Positions 25,001-39,600 of a stretch of DNA of 64,000 bases are shown here, piece after piece (position 1 is the stretch's first letter; every line of letters starts with the position of its first letter). The stretch covers positions 2,108,001-2,172,000 of the forward strand of contig OZ241834.1 in the NCBI GenBank assembly GCA_965202585.1, in the 5' to 3' direction. The notes under the pieces were generated by a model. The model was not told the origin of the DNA. It worked only from the letters and a program-made list of their open reading frames with translations, and did no database searches. Made by a program: the position numbers and the translations under genes. Origin of the DNA: Thalia democratica (taxonomy: Eukaryota).

Positions 25001-28000
25001 ACTAATTAAAATGCTTTAGAAGTAATTTTAAAATTTATTACAATTTTCATGTCAATTCAGATGAACATAACTGATTACTAGATGTCATGGAAATACGCTA
25101 AAACAAACTCTGTTTAAAACAGTCAAAAGCTCCTCAACCATTTTAAAAGAGTTTAGCAAGTATTTATAGCTGCTTAGTAAGCTATCATTCAAGATCATGT
25201 TGTCTTTAAAAAAAATTATATTAACTTTGAAAAATATATGCTAAGTTGTTTTGAAAAAACATGTTAATAAACATTTTTTCAAAACTTTTTACATTTACTA
25301 GTAATTGTTGTTTATAAAGTTTAGGAAAGTTTATTCTGACTTAAACTGATCTAAAACAATAAAAAAGGACGAACTTTTAAAAATTAAAATTTTAGCTCGT
25401 TGAATCAAACTTGTACTAATGTAGACTAAACGAACAGTTTTATACATTCTAAAACTTAATACAAAACAAACTGAACTAAAGCAAAAATTTAAATAAAAGA
25501 CATCGGATTTTTAGTAAAGAATATTTGAAACAGTTTTGTAACTATTGATAAAATAGTCATATAAGTTGTTATTAAAATATTAAGTTTTTGCAGACAGCTC
25601 ATGATAAAAAACTGAGTTAATAACTTTACAAAAGTTATCTCAGTTATTTACCTCTCAGAAAATAGAAAAAAATTACTAAATGTGAACAATTGTTTAACGA
25701 TACGTTGTTTTAAGTCAATGAAAAATTAGTTAAAGTTTAAGATATTATTGAGTTGACAAATAGTCTATTACTTTAATTATTATAAAACTGTGCCTAGCAA
25801 TTACACAACAAAAAGTAATTTTGAAACAAAATAACTTTACATAAAAAAATATCAAATGAGACTTGCTAACAATATTGTCAGTATTAAAAAGCCAAACTAA
25901 TTAGGAACTATCTTAAAAAAGATTCATTTAAATAACATTTGTACAACATTGTCAAAAGAGTTATAAAGTTTCAATGAAGAGCCCAAATAAATTGTTTCAT
26001 TTCTAAACTATTTTTGAGGTAGAGTAAACTCTTTAGAATAACTCACAATAAAACCTGATAAAAATATTTATTTTATTAAATTAACATATATATACATGTA
26101 AATAAAAAACTTCAGTGTTTTTTGTGAAGTTAGTACTGGTTGTACATACATACAGTTAGATTTTTAATAAAATTAGTTTTGACTTACAGTATGTCTATTT
26201 TTTAATTTTAAATATTGAGATACTTATTGTCTATGTACTCACTAAAAATCATTAAAAATTGTATTAGTTTTTTCAACTTTTTATGTTATTTTCATATAAA
26301 AATAAATTAGGTGCTTTGTAAATATGCAAAGTGTTAAAAGTTATCAAAATCATTATTACTTATAAAAAAAATCTAGTTAAAAAGTCATTATTGGAAATTT
26401 TTTAACCAAACTTTCAAAAGGCTCATTAAAATAAGATTTTAAGTAATTTTAATCGTGTGCATTAAAAAATTGACAATAATAGTTGTGAACTATTGTGAAA
26501 TCTCTTTTTTTGAGTATTTTCTTTATATTCTTTGAAAATTCTGTATTCTTATTAGCTAGACCTACCTAATTTAAAACATTTTTTGAAATATGGTTAAAAA
26601 AGGTTAAAATATACTAAAATATGGTTATTATTATTACTTATAAATTTATTTTTCAAAACATATTCTCAATACAGTATTACAATGTTATTAATTAGACTTG
26701 ATGTTAACTGATTAGATGACTTAATTTTCAAATCTGTACAAACACCAGCAGTTTTTAATTTTAAAAGCTTGTGCCGAGTGACATAAAGCTTTAGACTATA
26801 AAAGAATAAAACAAGTTTTTTTTTAATTAAAAAGTATATGTACGTACATTGATAAAACATCTGAAAAAAGTTATAGATAAAAGTTGTTTGAATTCACGTA
26901 TTACATGAAAATCAAGATATTAAGATGTTGTATTTTAAAATAGAGTATTTAAATCAAATAAAAATTTTGATGAATTAAATTTTGAATTTTTCTTAAAGAT
27001 AACTTATAGATTAGCAGACAACTTACCTTATAACATTGCGCTACAATAAGATGATATAAAGTTCTTTTAGCTTTATTAGTTGAAAAAATACCTGGTATTA
27101 ATTAAGCATTGGGTGGTCGCCAATCAAGTTTCGACACAAAAATTTGCGCTGAATAAATTTTCGCTGTTTTAGTTACACCGTGAACTTTTTTTATACTCTT
27201 CATTACAATGTCCAGAATAACTAGTATAAGACCCAACATTTTCTGGTTTAGCATTCCATTTGTTTTAAAACATGCTACCCGCAGTTTACCCACCCCTTGG
27301 TCTAAAAGGTATATGTTTAAAGACGGTTGAAATTTTGACAACTTTTTGTACATAAAACATAAAGCATGTCCTGGACAAGATCAAGGTATCTAAGTGGACT
27401 CGATAACCGAAATGTTTTTACCAGCACCAGGTCCTTCGACCAAACATTTCGAGCGCTTTTTCTGTCGCTAAATAAACAACTATACACAATTTTTTAGAAA
27501 ATCTTGTTTGAACTAAGTATAAGTTTTCACGAATTTTGTGTAAGAAACTAGGGGTGTAGTATTTAAAACTATGATCTTAATCAATTAAACGGTTTTATTT
27601 TGTTATACAGTACTAGTACTTATAAAAAGTTATATACATTTAAAAGTTACATTTTTGTTTGTTTAAATGACAAAATAAACTACGTTTGAAAATTTTCTGT
27701 GCTATAAAACAAAATTTACGTTTTTTACAAAAAAATATTTAAATGGGTTTCTATTTAAGTAGCCTAAATTTCGATTTCTTGGTCCAACGTTGGAAAAAAA
27801 ACAAATCCTTTATTTTATCTACAATATCAAACACCGTGCTCGTGAAATTGTTTATTATTGGACCAGATTTGAAAATTTATTTTTGAATTCAACTTCAATT
27901 AAACTAGTACAACTGGTAACAAAAAAAATTTGACAATTTCTATCAGTAAAAAGTTAACTCATACGAACAATTATCAGTAAGAAAATTATCTTATGCTACA

Positions 28001-30664
28001 AATACCCAATAAAACAAATCATCTTTGTTATGACTACATACACTTCAATAAATAAAAGACCTGACTATATAGTAGGATGTTAATAATAGAATTTATATAC
28101 ATTCATTTTGATTGATTTCTTAAAGTGTAAAAACTAAATAAAAACTTAAAAACCTAAACTTTTACCATTCTAAGTATTCTTCTATACTTATATCTTAAAA
28201 ATAACTGGGCTCTATAGAAGATTGAGAGAGCCTTATTTTTAGAGTGCTAAAATTTTCAACAATTGAAATCTAATGTTGGTTAAACAAATGTTCTATCTAA
28301 AACATTAGTATGAACATTTTAAAAGTTTAAAAGATCATTGGCCAATCAAACTTTTCTTTATTCCAAACACTTAGAATACTATTAACTAGGACTCATAAAG
28401 CAGATATTTAATAAAATTTTGCCCACAACGTCTTTTTTAGCTCAAAAACATTTTTAATACATGTTCAAATACGTTCTTCTAATTTGCTTGTAAGTAAACA
28501 AAAACTTTTGAGTTATTTGAAGACTAACATTTAAGATTTTATTAAAGACTAACATATAAGAAATTTATCTAATAATATAAATTTTTGAAATATTGACAAG
28601 TTCAGACTTTTTTCTAATATTTTTTGCTATAGTTTAGACTTCAAACATTATTTTTTTGAATTTAAAGTTCTCTTAATTTTAATGCAGGAAAGTTATACTA
28701 AATATTACATTAAAAACTTTTTAAAAGCAAAATATGATAAACTTTTTGTATTGTACTGAAAATTAAGAGTAGGATCAGATATGCGTAGTTTGCCAATCCC
28801 TGAATAAAAGTTTGTATTTATAATCAGAGCTTTACTTTCAAAAAACCCTGACTTTATTAAATAAATTATAAGTAAGATATAAATATGAAAATAATAATAA
28901 AATTTCAATCATTAAAAACGATCTAATATTTTAAAAATAGCTTTTTATAACCATTAGTGTTCTGTTAAATTTTATGTATAACTGTTACCAGGTTTTTGTA
29001 TTAAAAACAAGTTGTAAAGATTGTAAATGAACTTATTTCAATGTAAATATTGATTCAAAATTCTCTACATATTGATTATAAATTTACAACATCAATAAAT
29101 TATTGATTCACATTTTTAAAGTTAAGATCTATAAAACTACTACAACTATAATTTATACATAATTTATTTTTCTTATAAAACCTTCATAAAAGTAAACAAT
29201 AAAAAAGTTTAAAGAACTACTTTTTATTCAGATACACAAATAAAATTCAGACACTAAAAAAAGCTAATTAACTTGTAAAAAAAATATATATCCTTTTTGC
29301 ATTATGTGTAAACTAAAAAATATTTCACTAAAATCACAAAAAAATTGTTGAAAGTTTAGTCAAAATTAGAATGTATAAAACAACTGCTATTAAAACTTTA
29401 ACGCATAAAAAACGTATCATTTTACGAACAAAATATAAATACTTGTGCGTTTAAAATAGAAATTAATAATTTGGAAAAATAATCCACTTGTTAAAACTTA
29501 AGTACAACAGAATGTAAAGCTTAAATATAAAAGGCTGTGCTTTTAATAATATGAAATAAATATTTATATAAGTATAAATAATAAACTAAATAAAAAGCTA
29601 TTAAGTAGAAATTATACAAGAGAAATAAAAGTTTAAAGGCGAAAAAATTTAAAAGTAAAATTTTTTATAACTTTGGTTTTATAAACATATTGTTTCAATA
29701 AAACATAGCATTTATGTAGAAATTAAATGTAAATATAGATGGTATGTGTTTATTAAAATAAAATTTTTATTGCACTTTTATGGAAAAGCGTTTTTTTAAA
29801 AAACTTTTTATTTCTTAAATATTTGTCATACTTATGCATAAAAGATAAAGAAAATTAAAAATTTTATACGACTTATTATACAAACCTGAACTTATTTTTC
29901 AATTAACATATGGTAAATGTAAAATTTTAGGTTATAGTACATAACTAATTTCAGCATAACAAAGTGGCTGAGATGATAAAATTATTAGAATTTGTCGTTG
30001 ACATTTAAATCATTTACACATATATTAGATATATTATTTACACTACCCTGATAAATGTTTACCCCATAATAGAAAAACTTCATGTTAAAAACAAATCATT
30101 AAAAACTGTATAATATATTGGCTAAAATTCGTAAAATACAAGGATTTTACAAATAAATTAAAAGAAAATAAGTAACGAAAAAACATTTTTTTTAACTCAA
30201 AACTTGAAGATTGGGCTAACATTACAAGGAAAAAGTAAAAATAAGAAAAACGTTGAAAATATTAGTGTACTATCAACTTATAATAATTGAAGAAAAATCT
30301 TATCTAAATGGAAATGGAAAGTTGTAAAAAAATACTAAAACACTATAAAAACTTTTTATAAGTAAAAATACTGCTTTTTTAAATACCAACTTGTTTGTTG
30401 GGCTCAAATAACTTTATATTATTCAAATTATTTTGAAATAAGTTTAAATTTTCATACAAATACTAATATACTTATTTAAAATGTCAAGAATTTTTATTTC
30501 CGCAGAACTTTTTTTGTGCATTATTTAAACCTTCTGCAAAAAAAAGAACTTTGTTGTTTAGATTTCTAAATTTTACAAATAAATTAAATACATTAGAGTT
30601 GAGGAAAATTATTGTGAAATAATAAGAGCTGAAATATAACGTATAATTAAAAAAAAAACATTTC

Positions 30665-33600
30665 TTACATATCAACTTGATTCACGGGCTCGAACAATTT
30701 TTTGTTGAACAAACCAATTTGCGTTTGGTTGAGATTTGTCCACTCGAAGTGTTGGTACTTATTTGTAATGTCGCACTCTCTAGAATACAATTTGTCGTCT
30801 TGTATTTCCATACAGGAATTTGAGATTGAATGGAACATTTGCTTTTTGTCAGGCTGGAAATTATTTAACTAATTAGTTTTTATTTAGCATAATTAATTAT
30901 TAGATTGAATTTCTATGCATAAATTTTAAATTTGATTTAACATTAGTTTTTTGTAATGCTGGAAACTATATTTTATAAGTTTTTATTAAGCATTACTTTA
31001 TTTATTATTAATTCTATTGTAATTTCATGCAAAAAATTGAAAGTTAGTAAAACATTAATTTTTTGTCAGGTTGTAAATTATTTGATTAATGTAATATGAT
31101 TACTTCAGTTCTAGTTATTTCATAAAACTACAATACGCATTGATTTAGACTTGCAAGGGGTTTTAATCGACCTTAACCCCTTATACTCAGAATTTTTTAT
31201 ACAATAACTTGTAGCACTTAGAGTTTATCCCTTTATCATAAGCAACATCCGATCTGCTACAATTTTGCGCCTTCAAGCCTTAAAATTTGAATCCTTACCA
31301 TTTAATCCTTAAGGACAAAACCCATAGGTACTGATTGAAAACTAATTTTTTTATTTTATTTAAACTATTTATTTTTCGTACATATTTTTGTACATTGAAG
31401 TAAGATGTTTGTTGATAATAAGACTCGAAAAAAAAAATTTCTTCAAGAAAAATTTTATTCAAATAAATTGTAATAATATAATCAATAAAAAACTTTTGAT
31501 AGTATTTCCACAATTTCATACCCTCATTCTATGATATCAAATTAGCTTTTAAACTTTAAAAACAATAAACAAACCAAATATTTCCACAATTGGTTCCCGC
31601 CCATCTCATGGCACTCCCAGAAGCTGACCAGATTGTTTCTCCCAACGTTGTCCATGCAAACCCTTCTGGCCGTGTCTGCCGTGTGGCCGCCTGGACGTAT
31701 GTCCTCGTGCCATGTCAACCACCATGACTGTGAAAAAAAAAGAAATTTTATACTAACTGTTCAAATAAGTTCTGTGTTAAGGGGTTTTATGTAAATAATA
31801 TTTAAGAAAAGTAGTTATAAAGGGATTTTAGTGATCTATGTGAGCACATAGGAGTTATTTTCCTGGTACAGTATAAACATTTTACGATATAATCGATAGT
31901 TTTGATATTTTATTGCTTTATTCTTATTAAATCAAGTTACCAAAACTAGAGTTAAAGTAAAAAAATCAAGCGGTTTCTATTTCTTAGACAAATTTTATAT
32001 TATGATTTTTTAGTAATTATTGATGTCTATCATCAGGCAGCTGTTTGTGCAGTTGTCTTCAATTTAGTTAGGAAAACTAATAGCTTTTATTTATTTTTGA
32101 TGTTAATACTATGATAAATTAATCATTATAACTTTATTTAAACGTCACTATGCAATTCACAGTGCAAGTTTTGAATAAATTTGAAAACATTTTCAACATT
32201 TGTTAACAAGTAGAATTTGTTTTGTAGGTAAAAACTTATAACACATTTCGGGAAAATTTGTCAATCCAACAAAAAGGGCTTAGCTTAAGTTCAAGTTATG
32301 AAAAGTTTCAAAAATCAACTGATCAATTTTTTTTTAATTCAGCGATTGCTACTTTAGCTGACACTGTTCATCCTGAAAGGATCTTCAGAGAACATTCGTT
32401 GAATAAAATTTTAATATTTTAAGCTTTTTAGTTTTGAGCGCTCTAATGCATTCGGTTTTCTAGCTTTTGTGAAAATTAACTTATTGGCATAAAAAAAAAT
32501 GTTTCAGCTTTTATTTAAATCAGATTTTATTACTTTTATGTTAAATATTACTTTGTTATATAAAAGTTTATCAATATTCAGAAATATTTTTTCTATTAAT
32601 TTTCAAAGTTTATGTGCCCAGAAATTTGCCAAGAAAAAAACAAGACAAACTTTTAAAATAAAATTAATAAGTTTTCATAGCAATTGTTTTTATTTGCTTT
32701 ACCATGAAATTCAGAACGTTGCTTATTTCTTTTTCTCACTCAATATTTTTATTCATTTTTTACCGGGTTTCGGCTGACTGGTGAGTTTATTTTGTCAATA
32801 AGTTAAATGTGTATTCATTATTGTATGATCAAACTGGTATTTATTAGTATCTTTTAACTTAGGAAGCCGTTAAAACGAGTTAGTTGTATTTACTTTATTA
32901 ATGTTTCACATACATTAAGACTATTTACTTTTTTATATAACTTCACTTCAAGAGTCGAATTTTATAAGTTATTCCCCGACTTATTATTATTTTACAAAGT
33001 AGAAGAAGTTATGATTTAGTGTTGGCTTATCTTAGAATACAGGTGGGCAATCTTTATAACTTGAAAAAGTCTTTGTGAGTTGCCTTATATCTGACTTAAA
33101 AAAAATCTAACCGTAAAACTGCTTCGATTTACTTAATGTACATAATACTGAAAATCAAATTAAGAGCACGTTTCAAAATGGTTATTATAAAAAATTCATT
33201 TGCGAACGTTAGCTTCTAATGATAGAGGCCAGATTAAATTGTTTGGTATTCCTACAGTTATTTTTAAGATTAGAGGATTTTGGGGTGATTACTCGTCCCT
33301 ATAAATTTATAGCTTGCGACTTTTAGTTAGCACTAATTAACGACATTAGCTTTGTTTAAACATTTTAATATTTTTACCGATGATACTAGTATTTGTTTGC
33401 CACGTCACTAGAAAAGAGTTTCATTCATTAAAGCAGAGAGATAAAAAGAAAAACTAATTAAGTTGCACGCCTTTAACTTTACACTGTTACCACCCGCGCC
33501 CAACTCCAACCAATCTTTTATTTTTATTAAATTTTAATTAATTACTGTTAAATTTTACTATCACTGTTACCCCTCGGTAAGCAATTGTCGGATTTGGTTG

Positions 33601-36600
33601 GAACTGATCGGTTTCCACTTCAGATCGGCAGCACGAACGATCTTTAACAAAAAGCTGTTCGCAGGCCGAAATAATTGCAGCGATCAATATAAAAATAACA
33701 ATCTAATATGTGAAAAAGTAAGCAATAATAAAGCAGTGGTAATTAAAAAATTAAGAAATTTTATTTTTTATTGTTTTAATGAGTTAGTTACTAGATAAAA
33801 GTGCATCGCGGGTCGTAGTTTGCCGAACTCTGTCTTACACTACAACCGAATCAGATAATTATTAGATTTTTTTCAACTTAGTTGAATTAAAGCTATTTTA
33901 TGTAACTTTTAGATTACTCATATTAGCTTATTTGGCTGATAGTTTTTTTGGTATTTTATTTTACTATGATTAAAAAGCTTTATTGAGAAGTTTAATTTTA
34001 TAATATTTTTTATTTAAGCAGAAATTGAAAAATCAAAACCTGATTAATTTTCAAACTAAAAAAAAAAAAATTTAAATATAAAATTATACAAGTTTCATTA
34101 AGTTTTTAACAAAAATTAATTTGTTTTCAAGGCAAAGGCGAATAAATAAGGAATTCAGAAGTATAGCGTTTATAAACCTATTTTATATTAAACTAAATAG
34201 TTTAAAATTATACGCAATGCAATCATAGTGCAAAAATAAACAATTTCGTTAATAATTATAAACTTAACATGTTTATCTAAATGTTTTAACACAAGCAACT
34301 TTTATCATATTATAATTTATTCAATACAATAAAGTTCTTGAAAAAATAATATAACTTATTTACTTATTATCAAAAAAATAAGTTTGTTGGCAAACTAAGT
34401 TTGACTCAAAGCGCTAGTCAGTACTTAAAATAAACTAGAAATATTTGAAAAAATATATAATTAATGGAATGGGAATCGATTAAGCAATCAATTAATATAT
34501 CGTACAAAAATTATATAACACAAATAAAGTTACTTTACAAGCTTTGTAGACATTTAAGTCATAATAAAAAATAGATTTCGAAAAGTTAACTTATTGGCAT
34601 TAAGTAAAATTTTTATAAACAGCTTTTATTACTTTTATGTTGAACAATACTTAATTTAATAAATGGTTATCTGTAATCAGAAACACATCTTTCTGTAATT
34701 TGCAGTTTTTTCAAAGGTTATGTTCAAAGACTCATAAATTTTCAATGCAAAAGTAAGACAAAAATTTATACAAGAATTAACAAGCTAACTGTCTTAATAT
34801 AAAAGTCTTTTCTCACCATTGTTACTCATTTCATTCTAAACGCTTGGTAATTGCTTACAAACCAGGTTTTAGCAGATTGATGATTTAATTCAGTAAGTTC
34901 AATACGTATTTATGTGTACAATCCAGCTTATTCTTATTTTCAAAGTATTCCGTTGAAACGACGTTTTAACGCATGTATTAGAAATTACTCCCCGAATATG
35001 ATACAAAGTAGGAGAAATTACGATCTAATCTAGGCACATCTTAGAATAGAGGTGGGCAATCTTTATAACTTGTCAGCTAGATTTACTTGAAAAAGTCTTT
35101 TGCGGCTAAGAATTACGAAAGTTCTTTGTGAGTTGCGTAACATTTTACTTTAATAAAATTTAAACCAATACTGCTACGATATACTTCGTAATGGTGAACA
35201 TCAAACCTAAGGCACACTTGAAAGTTCTTACATTTATTCGTTTTGCGAACGATAGTTTCAATAAAATACGTCGCAGGTAAGATCTTATTGTCTGGGAGGA
35301 TTAGCAGTGCATTTATTAATTTAATAATTTTGGGACGAGTGTTCGTCCCTACAAATATTGAAGTTGACTTTTCATGGGCTTTGTCACATGCCTACCTTCA
35401 GTGTATTACCTTATTTTATATTTGTTCCAATGATACTAGCATTTGTTGCCACGTCACTAGAAAAGAGTTTTGTGATCATTCATTTGTTAAAAAAAAGATA
35501 AAAAGAAAAACTCAAAAATTTTACTTTAGACCAGGGGTCTACGGCCTTTTGTAAGCAGCGGGCCACTTTCCCAACTAAAAATTTCTGCAAACTCGAAAAA
35601 AAAAATTTCTGTAGGCCGCACTTAATCAAAATAATTGCAGAGATCAACACAAAAATAATAATCTAAAACATCAAAAAGTAAGCAATAATAGAGTAGTAGT
35701 AATTATTAACCTAAAAACCCAACTGTAAATTTTCTTTTCAATTTATCAAAATAAAGTTTTGACAAAGTATTTTGTTAGATAAAAGTACATCGCGGGCCAT
35801 AGGTTTGTCTACACTGTCTTACACTACAATCAAAACAGATAATTATTAGATAATTGATACTAGAGTTCAGTATAAGGTATTTTATATTACTTTTAGATTA
35901 TTCACACTAGCTTATCTAACTGATTATTTTTTTGGTATTTATTTATTTTTTTACTGTTATCAATAAGCAGTACAGTGCTTCCTCGCTTATCCGGCCGGTT
36001 TTAGTCAAGAAGTATATTTATTTTAACTCAGCTAAAATCAACGCTTTATTATAAACACATGTATAATTTGATTTCATTAACTAATCAAGCAGTTTATAGA
36101 AACGTGATAAGTAAAAATTGAACTTGGTGTTTTAACTCATATTTTTCAAGCTATACAAATATAAGTTTTTAAGTCGAGGGCTACTCTAACTTCGAGGGCA
36201 AACTTTTAACTTGGATGAAACCAGGCTGTATTAAAGAATTTTGCAAAAAACTTAGCATCAGTACACAACCGGCCGGATAAAAAAAAAGCAGAAACCAAAA
36301 AGTATTTAACAACTTATCCGTTTCCGTGAGTTCTTTGCTAAGAAACAAGAAAGTTGTGTTAAATAAACATTCATTATTTCTTTTAAAAAAAGAGTTCTGG
36401 TATTAGTTAAACTGTTAATGGTTCGGTTTGTTTTCATAAAATAAATTTTACAAAAAATAATTTTGTTTTTTTGTCTATTTAAAAAAAAGTTTTAAAATAT
36501 ATATAAGTGTACGTTTTATTTGCAATGCATAATATTAATGAGGTAGATTATTAAAAAAAAAACAATTTTTGTTCTTATCCGGCCAAAGGCTAGACCGGCC

Positions 36601-39600
36601 TTATATAAAAAATAAAGTTTGCCTAACATGTAAGTGAGGAAGTACTGAACTGAGAAGCTATTTCTATATACTTTTTTAACCAGATGTTGAAAAACAAAAA
36701 ACTGAATAAGTTTTAAACTAAAAAAACTTACAAGATATACTTAAATTAACTTTAACTTTTCAAGTAAAAGCAGATCAGTTTACACTTTAACAAAAATTCT
36801 AAAAAAAACATTTAAGTTTACCTCCAAATAAAAAATCATATTAAAAACTATTTTTAATCATTGTTAGATCTACAAAAACGACCAAACTTATGTCAGATAC
36901 ACAGTAATAAAAGATTGCACATTTGTAAGCATTTCAGAAATTACTCCCCGACTTATAATACAAAAGGGAATAAATTATGATCTAACGTAGGCCTATCTTA
37001 GAATAGGGCAACTTTTTAATTTGTGAGCCAGACTCACTTGAAGAGTTCTTTTGGAAATGTTACAAAAAAGTCTTTGCGGGTCGCGCAAATTTTGAAAAGT
37101 TTTACTTAAAAAATAAATATGAAATTGCTGCGATATACTTTGTAAGTTCATAATATTCAAAATAAAATTAAGAGCACATTTCAAAATACTTATTATATGA
37201 ATTTATATTTTTTGTAACCGTAATTTTTAAATCAATAAAAAACGTTTCGGGCCAAGTTCTATTGCTTGGTAGTCTTAACATTACATTCATTGATTAATTG
37301 ATTTTGAGACGATTAGTCGTCCTTAAAAATATTGAACATGACTATCCTTGAGTTTACTGACACGAATTATGATAGATTTCTAAATTTACCGATGATATTA
37401 GTATTTGTTTGCTACGTCACAAGAAAAGAGTTTCATTTATTCTTACAAAAAGATATAAAAAGAAAACTTTGTAAGTTGCACAATTTTACTTTAGACCGTC
37501 TACTCTACAGCCTTTTGTAAGTTGCGGGTCAATTTCCCAACAAAAAATTTCTTCCAACTTGAGAAAAAGTATTCCGCAGGCCGTACTTATCAGGGTTGCC
37601 AATTAATTTTGGCAAAATTTCTCCAGGTTTTTGAAATTTCCTCCACTTAAAAAACTTAAAATTACACGTTTTAGAGACTATTTTTAGTTTAAAGTTTAGT
37701 TTAAGGTAACAAACTGTGTTAAAAGTATAAAAAATATTGAAAAGATACTGTTTAGCTACTTTAAATGAGTTCAATGTAATAAATCTTTGATGATGACAAA
37801 AAACTTTTATCTATATAATAAATATATTGTGTCAAATCGAAATTTTTTTACTTAAGATCTAAAAATTGTTTAAAACTCCAGGTTTTTCAGTTTTTTAGCC
37901 TAAAATTGGCAAATTCCAGGATTTTCAGGATTCCAGGTTTTTTGGAAACTATGATTTATTAAAAATAGTTAAAGTAAAAAATACAAAAACACTAACTTAA
38001 TTCATGAAATATAAGCTATAATAATGTAGTAGTAATTATTAAACTAAAAACCTAAGTGTAAATTTACATTTAATTTTATTTTTATTGTTTTAAAAAGTAT
38101 GTTACTACATAAAAGTATATCGCGGGCTGACCACTAAGAACAATCAAAAGAGATAATAAAGTTAAAAGCTATCTTATATAACTTTTAGATTATTCACATT
38201 AGCTTATTTAGCTGATCATTTTTTTGGTATTTATTTTGTTTACTCTGATTATATATATTGAGATTTTTTTTTAACATATATTTTTTTTGACTAGAAGTTA
38301 AAAAACAGAAAGCTTAATAGTTATCAAACTGAAAGAAAATTGCATGATGTATTAAAACGAAACAAAATTCAATTTTAAAGTATAGGTTCAGTTTTAATTT
38401 AAACAAATATTAAAGTTTACCTCTAAATAGGAATTCATTAATTACTCAATTTATTTCTTACTAATTGTTATATCTATAAATACAACCAAGCTGATGTTAG
38501 ATGCTCTGTAAACAGTAATAAGAAGTTTTACATTTGAAATTAATTAACTTAGTAAAAAACTTAATCAGTACTACTTTGCCAGTAAGAAGTGTTTTTAATT
38601 GTAATGAGTTTATATATTTAAGATAACAGTTATCATTTTGTTAGTAATAAAACAACTGCGTTTAATAGCTTTTATATAGCTTCACCTGAGCTTTATCATA
38701 AAATATGAGTTAAATAAAGAATATATATAAAAATGTTTTTTTTTATTTTTTTAAATATATTACGTCATTAATAATATTACAGTTCACTTTTTTTTTTTTG
38801 AAAAATTGTGAGAAAATAACCTTGAAAACTTTAGATATTTTATAACTTTTAAGAAATAGCTGTTAAAATTAATCGCTGAGAAAAAAAACTGTTTATCAAT
38901 ACACATTCAACTACTAAAAACATAAAAAATCATTCATTTTAATTTTGTTAATGTATCTTTCACAGTAAAAAGATATCAAAGCTAGTGATACTTAAAGAAA
39001 ACTTTAAACAGAGCCTAAAAATAAAGTTTGGTTAAAAAACAATCTTTTTTAAGTGTTTAGTTATAATAATTGGGGATTGTTCTTTAAACAGTTTTTCAAC
39101 TAAACTTTATTTTTCAAACTATCACAATCTGTATATCAAATCTATATCTAATTTTTATTTAATCAATACAATAAAGTTCTTGAAAAAATAATAAAATACC
39201 TATTCTTCTTATTAAAAAAATAAGTTTTTTAGGCTAACTAAATTTGGCTCAAAGTGCTTGTCAGTGCTTAAAATAAACTAGAAAAAACAAATAAAAATAT
39301 TGGACAAAAGATATATAAGACGATTAAAATTCTCATTTTAATTTAACATTAATTAAGTCATAATTTAATACTAAGAACTATAATTTAGGAGTTATTAGTC
39401 ACGAAAATTTGATTTTTTTAAACATGCATTCTTACAGTTCAATCATTTTATGATAATTGGTCTGCTTCATTATATTTATAAAGTAATCAAAGTAATATAA
39501 TTATTTGTAAAACAGCTTAAAATGTTCAAAAATCATCAAGTGTATGATATCTCTGCCAAAAATTAGATTTATATATTTGTATAATACTCAAGCATATAGT

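Noticed and set aside
27102-27480. GC-richer patch with ORF 27102-27353
   Set aside because: It contains a hAT-type terminus (CCAAGGGGTGGGTAAACTGCGGG on minus) and a segment also present at about 22880-22950. All frames are short and no protein motif was recognised.
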